DNA of 63,989 bases, counting the filler, from Octopus bimaculoides (Eukaryota): assembly GCF_001194135.2 (NCBI RefSeq). It is 7 parts of 6 records of this genome, joined end to end, with 100 filler letters (N's around TTAATTAATTAA, not from the genome) between each part and the next. Parts side by side here need not be neighbours in the genome. Positions count along the whole stretch, not along the records: positions 26,387 to 32,887 come from NC_069005.1; positions 32,988 to 49,966 come from NC_068982.1; 5 more parts are not named here. One strand, 5' to 3'. Positions 26,791 through 38,077 of this stretch are shown here, one piece after another. The notes under the pieces were generated by a model, which was not told the DNA's origin, searched no databases, and saw only the letters and a list, made by a program, of their open reading frames with translations. How positions within the stretch are numbered: position 1 is the stretch's first letter; each line of letters starts with the position of its first letter. The position numbers and the translations under genes were made by a program.

Positions 26791-29221
26791 TAGGATAGGT
26801 CTCCATTTTATTTTCCTGGTTTACTTGTTTGAATTTTTCTTTCCTTCTCTCTTTCTTTCTTTCTTTGGGATTGCCCATCTAAGATGTTCGCCGTGCCTCC
26901 CGTCCTTCCCTTTCGCCGGCGCCGCCGCCGCCGCCGTCTTCACCCTTTCGTTTCTGAAGAAGGAAAGAAATCAAAAATAGAACGAAAGAAAACGGAATTA
27001 TTTCTTTTACAACACACCCACACCCCGAAATNNNNNNNNNNNNNNNNNNNNNNNNNNNNNNNNNNNNNNNNNNNNNNNNNNNNNNNNNNNNNNNNNNNNN
27101 NNNNNNNNNNNNNNNNNNNNNNNNNNNNNNNNNNNNNNNNNNNNNNNNNNNNNNNNNNNNNNNNNNNNNNNNNNNNNNNNNNNNNNNNNNNNNNNNNNNN
27201 NNNNNNNNNNNNNNNNNNNNNNNNNNNNNNNNNNNNNNNNNNNNNNNNNNNNNNNNNNNNNNNNNNNNNNNNNNNNNNNNNNNNNNNNNNNNNNNNNNNN
27301 NNNNNNNNNNNNNNNNNNNNNNNNNNNNNNNNNNNNNNNNNNNNNNNNNNNNNNNNNNNNNNNNNNNNNNNNNNNNNNNNNNNNNNNNNNNNNNNNNNNN
27401 NNNNNNNNNNNNNNNNNNNNNNNNNNNNNNNNNNNNNNNNNNNNNNNNNNNNNNNNNNNNNNNNNNNNNNNNNNNNNNNNNNNNNNNNNNNNNNNNNNNN
27501 NNNNNNNNNNNNNNNNNNNNNNNNNNNNNNNNNNNNNNNNNNNNNNNNNNNNNNNNNNNNNNNNNNNNNNNNNNNNNNNNNNNNNNNNNNNNNNNNNNNN
27601 NNNNNNNNNNNNNNNNNNNNNNNNNNNNNNNNNNNNNNNNNNNNNNNNNNNNNNNNNNNNNNNNNNNNNNNNNNNNNNNNNNNNNNNNNNNNNNNNNNNN
27701 NNNNNNNNNNNNNNNNNNNNNNNNNNNNNNNNNNNNNNNNNNNNNNNNNNNNNNNNNNNNNNNNNNNNNNNNNNNNNNNNNNAGAAGCAAGCCAAGCGAT
27801 GACTTACTTAACATGGACTATGCTTTCGTTGATTGTTTTAGGTGTCCATCGAACTACGAGCGGACGTAGACATGTCTTGACTTTCTCTCTGTTGACCCGG
27901 TGATACGCACTTCCAGGATGTGACAGCTGAAGAGAGAGAGAGACAGAGACAGGGACAGAGTGAGAGACATAGAGAGAGAGGGGGGAATGGAGTGGCGGGA
28001 GGAGGGAGAGCTGTTCCGCCTCTCTATCTGGTATAAGTGGATGAAAGGATAAACTTCGAGAATTTGTAGGAGACACAAAAGAGGCGATGACAACTGTTCC
28101 TAAGAATAAGACAGCAGGAATAGAGAAAGGAAAGGAGCGTAGCAGAGTGTGTATTAGAAATAGAGAGAGAAAGAGAGAAAGGGCAAAGAAAAAGAGGATG
28201 ACGAAGAGTGAGAGAGAAGGGGAGAAAGAGAGAGAGAAGAGAGAGAGAAGAGAGAAAGGGAGAGACTTGGAAATAAAGAGTTGCAGAAAGACGGCAAAAA
28301 CGAAAAACAACAACAAAGAATTTAAAGAGAGTGAGCGAGAAGAGGGAGGAGAGAGAGAGAGAGAAAGAGAGAGAGAGAAAGGGAGAGAGAGATAGAAAGA
28401 AAGAGAGAGAGAGAAAGAAAGAGAGAGAGAGAAAGAAAGAGAGAGAGAGAAAGGGAGAGGAGATTTTGTTAGAGAGAATCGCAGAAAGAGAGATGTCACA
28501 AGAAAACTAGAGAGAGAGCGAGAGAGAGAGGGAGAGAGACAGAAACAGAGACAGAGAGAGACAGAGATATAAAGAGTGAGAGAGAGAGAGGTAAAAAGAG
28601 AAAGAGGTAAAGAGAGAGAGAGAAAGATAAAGAAAGAGGTAGACAGAGACAAAGAGAGACAAGGAGACAGAGAGAAAGAGAGGTAAAGGTAAACAGAAAG
28701 AGGGAAAGGTAAAGGTGTGGATGGTGAAGATATTAATGGAACCATCTTCAGACCAAATAAAAACCAATGTTATGACAATATGAAGGATGAGGAATGAAGA
28801 ATTTGACAAAGTCAGACGTCAGACAGTGACGGAAATAGCAGACGATACGGTCAACAGGAAGCCACTTCTGACGCATATCGCTACTCCCTTCATCTTCTGT
28901 CTCCCTTTCTTCCCATCTTTCTTTCATTTCTTCTCCATTATTTTCCAGTCCCTTCTTCCCCCCCCCCCTCACTCTATGTCCAGTTGCTGCTTTTCGTGAT
29001 AGTGTTGTTGTTGTTGTTGTTGTTGCCGTCTTTGCATTTCGTCTTAGTCACGTGGTTTACGTAACTAACCAAAGGAAACATTCCACAATTGTTTGCCGTT
29101 TCCACAGACATGCCTGACCATCACCATCGCTTTCGTTGTCCTCCATTGGCCTCTCTTTAGCTCTCTCTTTCTATCTTTCTCTCTATCTTTCTCTCTTTCT
29201 CTCTCTCTTTCTATCTTTCTA

Positions 29222-29269
<48 letters not shown>

Positions 29270-29429
29270 ACTCTATCTCCATCGCTTCACACACACCCAT
29301 GTATCTATGGATTACTGAGTGAATTTTTGTAGGTAACTGTTCTCGTTCAGTTCGTGTGTGTATGCATTCAGGCTCATTAGTATGTATGTATGTATGTATG
29401 TATGTATGTATACATGTGTGTATTCTTGT

Positions 29430-29530
29430 ATGTATGTGTGTAGTAAGAAGCTTGCTTTCCAACCACATGGTTCCAGGTTCAGTTCCACTGCGTGGCACCT
29501 TGGGCGAATATTTTCTACTATAGCCTCATA
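29430..29530 (+). mobile_element. Fragment of the abundant CORE-like tRNA SINE (octopus OK/OR-type)
   Basis: GGTTCCAGGTTCAGTTCCACTGCGTGGCACCTTGGGC… matches the full copy at 54861-55273. Confidence 0.8.
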
Positions 29531-29532
29531 CA

Positions 29533-29568
<36 letters not shown>

Positions 29569-30121
29569 NNNNNNNNNNTATATATATACATAAACACACG
29601 CACGCTCGCATACACACACACACAAAGAAACAGGTGGAGAGATAAACAGAGTTACACAATTTCTCGTTCATTACTCTTTTTTTTTTTTTCTTTAGTTTCT
29701 GTAATTATTTTTGTCTAAACAATGTATTGTTTGGTCTGAATATTTTCTTTTTATCGCTGATTGGTGAATTCCTTTGTTTATTAGTCTGTTTACGTGAGTT
29801 TTGAGTGTTGTCTGGTTTCTTTGTTTGTTTGTTTGTTTTGTTTTGTTTCTTGTCTTGTGTATTTGTTTGTTCGTTGGTTCGAGTAAATTGCATGCTAGCA
29901 AAAACGCGCGAACATTCAGAAGACAAGCAGAACACAGAGACACACACACACACACACACACTTGCACGTACATACAAGTACTCATAAAACATGCATACAC
30001 ATATGTAGACATATACACAGTCACTGAAGCACACGGACACATACACACACAAATACACTCAGGTCGGAATATGATTCTCAATTTGTTGTTTTCGAAATGA
30101 AACCAATAAGCCAGAGATAAT

Positions 30122-30155
<34 letters not shown>

Positions 30156-32755
30156 NNNNNNNNNNNNNNNNNNNNNNNNNNNNNNNNNNNNNNNNNNNNN
30201 NNNNNNNNNNNNNNNNNNNNNNNNNNNNNNNNNNNNNNNNNNNNNNNNNNNNNNNNNNNNNNNNNNNNNNNNNNNNNNNNNNNNNNNNNNNNNNNNNNNN
30301 NNNNNNNNNNNNNNNNNNNNNNNNNNNNNNNNNNNNNNNNNNNNNNNNNNNNNNNNNNNNNNNNNNNNNNNNNNNNNNNNNNNNNNNNNNNNNNNNNNNN
30401 NNNNNNNNNNNNNNNNNNNNNNNNNNNNNNNNNNNNNNNNNNNNNNNNNNNNNNNNNNNNNNNNNNNNNNNNNNNNNNNNNNNNNNNNNNNNNNNNNNNN
30501 NNNNNNNNNNNNNNNNNNNNNNNNNNNNNNNNNNNNNNNNNNNNNNNNNNNNNNNNNNNNNNNNNNNNNNNNNNNNNNNNNNNNNNNNNNNNNNNNNNNN
30601 NNNNNNNNNNNNNNNNNNNNNNNNNNNNNNNNNNNNNNNNNNNNNNNNNNNNNNNNNNNNNNNNNNNNNNNNNNNNNNNNNNNNNNNNNNNNNNNNNNNN
30701 NNNNNNNNNNNNNNNNNNNNNNNNNNNNNNNNNNNNNNNNNNNNNNNNNNNNNNNNNNNNNNNNNNNNNNNNNNNNNNNNNNNNNNNNNNNNNNNNNNNN
30801 NNNNNNNNNNNNNNNNNNNNNNNNNNNNNNNNNNNNNNNNNNNNNNNNNNNNNNNNNNNNNNNNNNNNNNNNNNNNNNNNNNNNNNNNNNNNNNNNNNNN
30901 NNNNNNNNNNNNNNNNNNNNNNNNNNNNNNNNNNNNNNNNNNNNNNNNNNNNNNNNNNNNNNNNNNNNNNNNNNNNNNNNNNNNNNNNNNNNNNNNNNNN
31001 NNNNNNNNNNNNNNNNNNNNNNNNNNNNNNNNNNNNNNCTTTTTTTGATTCTAGTCGGTAGGATGGTTTGACTACGATGGATAATCAACTGCTATTTCTA
31101 GCACGTTTCAAGACGACATAGAGCAGTGATTCTCAACCAATTTTTATTTATTTTTTTGCTTATTCCCTTGATTCCTGTTTTCTGCCGAACCGATCGGTTA
31201 CGGGGGATGTAAGCACACCAACATCGGTTTTCATGCAATGGTGGCGGGTATGGTAGCAACTGCTTTATTGAAAGCGTTTATTATTGTTCAACGCTTGAAA
31301 TACGAGAGTAGAAAAGCAGCCAACAACTGATGAAGGGTCGTTCTTTATGTTGTTTGTCTTGTTTTCCATTTGTGCCTTTCGTTGTTCGAAAATATAGCTC
31401 ATATTCCATGTACTCGTACTTCTCTAAAACATTTCAGGCCTTGTGACTATAGTAGAAATTATTATTATTATCGTCGTCATCATCGTCGTCGTCGTCTCGT
31501 TGTCTGCAAATGTCTTTCACGGCGGTGTAGATAAATTTGGATTATTACCAAGATTTTAGAAGATGGAAGTATTTCTGGGTTTTTATTTTCTATTTTTATT
31601 TATTTATCTATTGCAGTATTTTACGGACTAGAGACCGTTGGGACGTCTGTGCCAATACTTAGGATAGACCAAAGTTCTGTCTTCGAGACAAGAATTCATT
31701 TTACTTTCTTGTTTACAATATCCAAAATTTCGTTGTCTATGAGAAGAGTGGAGGGAGAGATGTTAAGAAGAGAGAAGGGGTAGCACTGGAGACGCTCCTT
31801 TAAAACAAAACGAAGAAATAAGCTTAGGCTGCATGAAGCCGGATTAGAAGAAAGAACGAACACAAGAAAGAAAATTTCAAAAACAATAATAAACAGGAAA
31901 AAAAAAATGATAATGAAACAGATACATTCGAAAGCATAAACAACCAACAGTTTTATTTCCCAAAACGCACATTTTTACGACATAAACAAAAGTTATTGCA
32001 ACAACAATGCATACATACTTTTGTCAAACGGAGAAAATATTGAAAAAAATATAAATGAACACCAGTCGTTGGGTGGAGGGAGTCTAGAAGTTGTTCGAAG
32101 ACAACTGCGGCTGCTACAATAACTACAACAATAGTAATTGCAGTAACGACAGCAGTACCAGTAAAACTGTCAGTCACAACGGCAACAATTACAATAATAC
32201 TGAAACGAACACGTACGCTGTCGAACGGGAAGTGATGTACACGTGTAGGTAACAGATTTTGCCTGAATTTTTGCCAACGTCGAGGTTTTCTTTTTTAATG
32301 TCTGGATAGAATGCCGTACCCAGACAGGACTGTGGGAAAATAACATTTGTAGAGACTACATATTTTTGTCTGTAAATTTATTCGGGGTGAACAAGGAGAA
32401 AAGTGATCTACTGTAGTTTTGTGCAATAAAGGATGAAGTGATTTTCTCTGTGACCTAGATGGACCAGTTAAGGAAAGCTCTGACGAATATTTGGGCAAAC
32501 ATTTTCTATAAACAGGGTGGCAAAGTCTACTTCTCTTTTTATGCAATGTTTTATAGCGAACTTGGGACCGTCGGGACATTTCTACAAATACCTGACCGGT
32601 CAAGAATAGGTTCCTCTTGGGCTATGTTTCTAGTGACACCAGCCACCCTCCAGGCGACCCCTTCTAACTTTTTATTCACCTGGACACCCAAGACGATTTA
32701 GAAAGCGCCTTCCGAATTTCATGCGAGTCTACTTCACAGACACGTACGTGCATAT

Positions 32756-32802
<47 letters not shown>

Positions 32803-32849
32803 CTTATAAAAAGATAATGGACAGGCAGACAGACAGCTAGCTAGCTAGC

Positions 32850-32887
<38 letters not shown>

Positions 32888-33040
32888 NNNNNNNNNNNNN
32901 NNNNNNNNNNNNNNNNNNNNNNNNNNNNNNNTTAATTAATTAANNNNNNNNNNNNNNNNNNNNNNNNNNNNNNNNNNNNNNNNNNNNCAAACACAGACAT
33001 ACAAACACATACACACATACATATATATATATACATATAT

Positions 33041-33204
33041 ACGACAGGCTTCTTTCAGTTTCCGTCTACCAAATCCACTCACAAGGCATTGGTCGGCCCG
33101 AGGCTATAGTAGAAGACACTTGCCCAAGATGCCACGCAGTGGGACTGAACCCGGGACCATGTGGTTGGTAAGCAAGCTACTTACCACACAGCCACTCCTA
33201 CGCC
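33041..33204 (-). mobile_element. CORE-like tRNA SINE, 5' half (young copy)
   Basis: Reverse complement of the 54861 element head and core. Confidence 0.9.
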
Positions 33205-33920
33205 ATATATATATGTATGTATGTATGTATGTACGTATGTATAATGCATTTAGCTAATGCTTTCTTTGTATCTCTCTCAAAAACTTAAATGGTTTTCTCT
33301 TTATGCTTCTTTGTCCTCCTTTTCACCGCGTTTTACTTTCTCTTTATTTTTTTAAGGAGATGCTTTCCACTACTTGTAAGTACAATAGAAGTTAATGGCT
33401 GACGATGTGTTAGTGACTGATTGAGTTCGTCAACATGAGTTGTTATTGATGAAGTTTAGAATGCATTTCAAGTGATATCTATTGTTAAAGAATCCACTTT
33501 GTGTGCGTGCATACGTGTGTGTGTGGTGACACTGCCCTGTTAATATTCCTTTTATAACGTTAGTCACTAAAGCTAACAGTTTTCAAAAGCCTAGGCAACC
33601 AAATTCTTGAGAATGAGTAGAATACAGAGAACAAGATATAATTCCTCTAACCACTACCAACATCACTGCTACCACTAATATCGCCACCATTACCACCGCT
33701 ACCAACATCATCTCTCGTCCATCAATACCATGATTCCCACTCAACGGAAAGGGTGAAGAAGAGAAGAACGTAAGAGTCATCCTAGAACCACTTTTGCATA
33801 GAATATCTGATCTCTAAGAGGACCCGGCATCAAAGTACTTTTGATTTCGATTCTAGCTCGGCTGCAGTTGTATCAATGTTTTGGGAAAAGCATAAATGCA
33901 ACGATTTTTATTTATTTTTT

Positions 33921-34125
33921 TATTGCCCACAGGGGACAAACAAGGACAGGCAAAGGGATTAAGTCGATTACATCGACCCCAGTGCGTAACTGGTACTTAT
34001 TTAATCGACCCCGAAAAGATGAAAGGCAAAGTCGACCTCAGCGGAATTTGAACTCAGAGCATAACGGCTGACGAAATACCGCGAAGCATTTCGCCCGGCG
34101 TGCTAACGATTCTGCCAGCTCGCCG
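33921..34125 (-). mobile_element. tRNA SINE, TTCATCCTTTCGGGGTCGAT-core family (young copy)
   Basis: Minus-strand head GGCGAGCTGGCAGAATCGTTAGC and B-box GAGTTCAAATTCC, with CpGs intact. Confidence 0.88.
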
Positions 34126-34619
34126 CGTCTCTTATTTTTAAAAGAATTTATGCACCATTGACCACCAAATCAATAATACAGTTGTTTTTTAGCCCTAGCT
34201 TAGACTTAATCCAGTGAACCCACGATCAAAGACGTACCAAAAAATAGCCAGGCTTCTGAACCATCACACTTAGAGTAAAGATTGTTTGCCAACATAACAT
34301 GGCAGTCCTGGTTTCGGACGAATGTTGCTGTAAATTTAGCCCCAGGAGACATCGTCTCCAGCTGGCTATACAACACGATCTGCGTCCTTATATTTTTGAA
34401 CAAGGGAATCTAGCACCCCCACTCAGCTCAAAACAATATCTGTGTATCGCGATTCCCTTCATCAGCACAGAATAATCGTTCGGCTCGAGGTGAATTCTTT
34501 ATTATGATTATTACAATCAGTACACAGATGGGACATTACAGGACAAAACAATTACAAAAACGTTACGATGAGTTCGAATTTAGATATAATTTATATAGTT
34601 TACTTGACTTTCCGTTGTC

Positions 34620-37600
34620 TTTTTTTTTTTTTTACAAAAATAAAAGAAATTAAAGAAGCAAGTTCAGACTTCATACCCGGCAGCCTGTAAGGCCCAGCAA
34701 CTAAGTTTTTCCTTTGATCGATGATTAAGCTGGGTTACTGACACCCACCTTTCTCATCAAGTCCTTCCAACGTTTCTCATACTCTCCCAGCGGCAGGGTC
34801 TTCCTCTCCAACCTCATCTTGCTCTTCAGATGGTACCTAAAGTAGGCTAGCAAACCGGGGCCAGAGACGAAGGACACTGTCATGAAACCTTCCATTCTAG
34901 TTCTCCATACACACTCTTTCAGTACTGCCACCGTACAGTGAAAACAAGCCTCACCTTCCTTTGAGAGTCCAGTTGGCGGTACCATCATTATTATAGATCC
35001 AGCCGACAGCTGTACTCGTCCCAGATGCGACAACACGTGTTCTATGTAACTTATCAAGCTTGACAGCTCCCGACATTGTACAAAAGCGGGTTGTACGGGA
35101 CGCGTCGGTGGCACTGACATTCCGTGCCTAGATAACTTATCGCGAACAGGTAAAGCGTTCCTGTAGCACTGCCATGTCAGGGATTTTTGGTGGTTGTCCA
35201 AGTACCCTGGCCTGAAAGTTCTTTTTTAAACAGGTTGGCAAGTTGGTTCTCGTCGAACCCCAGAGCCCCTGCTAGGACGTCATCATTTTTTGCCTCTACC
35301 AGCCCTCTATAGAACGCCGGGGTGGTATTCCCCCCGCCAGCCTTGCCCATCTTGTCGATCAGCCAGGGTGCTTGTCGGCACTCCTGCCATAAAGTCAGAT
35401 TCCGTCTTTTTATGAAGCCGGGTTTAAATCTCTCCATCGAGGCCGGTCGCTGGAAGAATTCCTCTGCTAGCGGACTCCACACCTTATTACCTTCCAGGTG
35501 GCACCAGAGATGTGTCAGCCTCAATGCCTGTCTGCGCATCATTAGCCAAGGCATTCCCAGCCCACCCTTTAACGGTTCCTGGTAACAAACGGAGCGCCTT
35601 ACAAGCAGCTTTCCTCTCTACCACAAAAAGCGGAAAAGGAGTCGTTCCAACTTGTTTAGCCCCGAATCGGGGCAAGGTACAACAGTCAGGCGATAAGTGA
35701 TTACAGATCCATAAACACCTGTACCACCTCTGCTCTTCCTTTCAAGGACAGAGCCCTTCCAGGCCACTTCCGTACAACGGCCTCTACCTTGTCGGCCACT
35801 TCGCTCCAATTCTTCTCTGTTTGAGAATCTGGACCAGACCAAACTCCAAGCAACTTAACAGGACCATCTGTCCAGTGACCCACGACACTGGACGATATCG
35901 ACTTGCTTCTCCAGGTGCCGAGGCGCAAGCCGATGGACTTGTCCTTGTTAACTTTTGCCCCTGCCACCGCTTCGTATCCTCTGAGAGCGTCTTCTACACG
36001 AGGTAGCTGTGCTTCGTTGGACACGATGAAGGTGACGTCATCCGCATAAGAAGAAACAGACTTACCGCATCCGATTTCATTCGGGTTGTCTCCCAACTTC
36101 TCCAACTTCCGCAGCAATGGCTCGTGAGCCAACACGTACAGAAGCGGAGACAAGGGACACCCTTGACGAACTGAGCGCTTGATCGAAAACAGCTCCGTCA
36201 GGTAACCGTTTATCTGGACTGTGGACATAGCGGAGATCCACCCGCAGAAGCCCGGGCCCAGCCCAGCCGCTTCGCGGACCGCCGCCAGGTACCGATGATC
36301 TACCCTATCAAACGCTTTACCTGTTCTAAATGGACAATTGCCCCACCTTTACCGCGGGAGTGATCGGTCCTTCATAGCACTNNNNNNNNNNNNNNNNNNN
36401 NNNNNNNNNNNNNNNNNNNNNNNNNNNNNNNNNNNNNNNNNACCGCCTTCCCCGAACAACCGGGCGAAATGTTGGTGAAAGGCCTTTTGCATCATTTCCT
36501 GTCCATAGATCTTGCGCCCCTGTTCGTCAGTTAAAGACTCTATAGAGGCCTTTTTACCTCTCTGACTCTCCGCACGACGTGCCCATCCGGCAACGTTAAT
36601 ACCTTCTCGTTTCCCTGCACGTAGCTTAGCTCTAACTCTGCAACCTTCGTGCTTGGAGTTGAAGTGACGGTACAAAACCGTTCTCGCCGCCTGCACTCTA
36701 GATGCAGAACCAGATTCCATTGCCTCGTCTAAGTTCTTAACTAAATCGCCCTCTATTCTAGTCCTATCTAAACTTAGCTGCTTGCTAAATCTAATGGACT
36801 CCAAACGGATGGCTCTTTTGAGGTCGTGCCACCATCTATCATTAATGATGGTGCCACATAATACCCTCTGTACTAACACCTTAATCCGGGTACGAAAGGC
36901 TTCACACGTCAAAATAGACTCGTTCATCTTCCAGTACTCGGATCCCTGTCTATGGCATTTATTTACATGTACTTCACACATCACAAGTTTGTGATCCGTG
37001 TAAGGCACAATACAGAACTATGGACGACTAAAAGTATTCTTATCTCTTTCCCAAACGAATACCCTATCTAAGTACGATCTGCGTGAGCCGTCGTTGTTAC
37101 TCCACGTCTACTGTGGAACGCTCGGCTCATCCAGTCGGTAACGGTCTACTAGATTAAAGCTGTCTAGTAGACTCTTGAGGCTAGGATTCCTTTTCCTATC
37201 GGTTGAGCCAACACTATCCACCCGCGCATCGAGGATAGCGTTAAAACCCCCTACCAGAACTACCGTTTTTGACGTCACTAGAAAGTGCTCCAGGTCTCGA
37301 AAGAAAACCGACTGCCCACGCTCGTTAGGAGCGTAGATAGCTACCAACCTGAAGGACTGCTTACTCACGTGGGTCACATCCAGGACGACCAGCCTACCTT
37401 CTGGGTCCAGAAAGACAGTAGTTACCTGTAAGTCCAAGCTCTTCCTGATAAGGACAGCCACGCCCGCACCTCTTCCCCGGCTAGGAGAAATAAATTTCTC
37501 GTAACCATTCAGAAGAGGCGAGAATGCTTGAGGTCCGCTCATCTTGGACTCGGTTGCAATAGCCACATCTATTCTATGTCTCCTGAGGTCGTTCAGGAAA

Positions 37601-37880
37601 CAAGCCTGTTTCCATTTCGACCCCATTCCACGCACATTTATACAGCCTCACTTAATCATCGATGAAAGAAAAATATTCTACTTACGGCTGTGAGAGAGAG
37701 AGCATGACAGCTTTTTGTCTGCCTGCCTCCCCCACACTCCCCGTAGCTGCTGGGCTTTTCACCGGCGTTGCCACCGGGCTCTGGGTTGGTGTGGCTGCCG
37801 GGCTAATGATTAGTTTGTCCGCTATCATCTCTGGGGTAACGTCTTTTATAGCATTGCCTTTTACATGTTCTTGGCTAATT
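34620..37880 (-). mobile_element. Tx1/L1-clade non-LTR retrotransposon, 5'-truncated: ORF1 tail, disrupted ORF2 (APE endonuclease, RT, cysteine-rich tail), 3' UTR and poly(A)
   Basis: ORF2 starts at 37659 (MIK*GCINVRG…VAIYAPN…VGGFN…YLDRVF…TDHKL). RT motifs KAFDRVDH, SVRQGCPLSPLLY and YADDVT are present, with stop at 34725-34727 and A14 at 34620-34633. ORF1 stop is at 37682-37684, 22 nt before the ORF2 ATG. Confidence 0.93.
34725..37659 (-). pseudogene. Tx1-like ORF2 (endonuclease/reverse transcriptase) pseudogene
   Basis: Split over several ORFs by stops and frameshifts. The GDFN motif reads GGFN. There is an N gap at 36382-36441. Confidence 0.9.
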
Positions 37881-38077
37881 TTTTCCACTGTAGTTTGGAT
37901 ATCGGTCATGGTGGTATTTACTTTACGATGAGTTAGGCCTAACGATAACAACAGTCGTCTCAAACTGTGTCCAACAAACCCTCTACATCCGACTTCGATT
38001 GGAAAATGCTCCGCTTTCCAGCCTGCGTCTTCACATTCCTCGAGGAGGTTTACATAACGGTCAATCTTTCGAGCCAT
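37880..38077 (-). mobile_element. HERO/NeSL-type REL endonuclease fragment
   Basis: RKIDRYVNLLEECEDAGWKAEHFPIEVGCRGFVGHSL…TTVEK matches the HERO-family motif RK..KY..L..EC...GW.A...PIEVGCRGF.G.SL. Confidence 0.8.

Noticed and set aside
27804-28745. 313-aa Ser/Leu-rich ORF
   Set aside because: Antisense of (GA)n low-complexity DNA.
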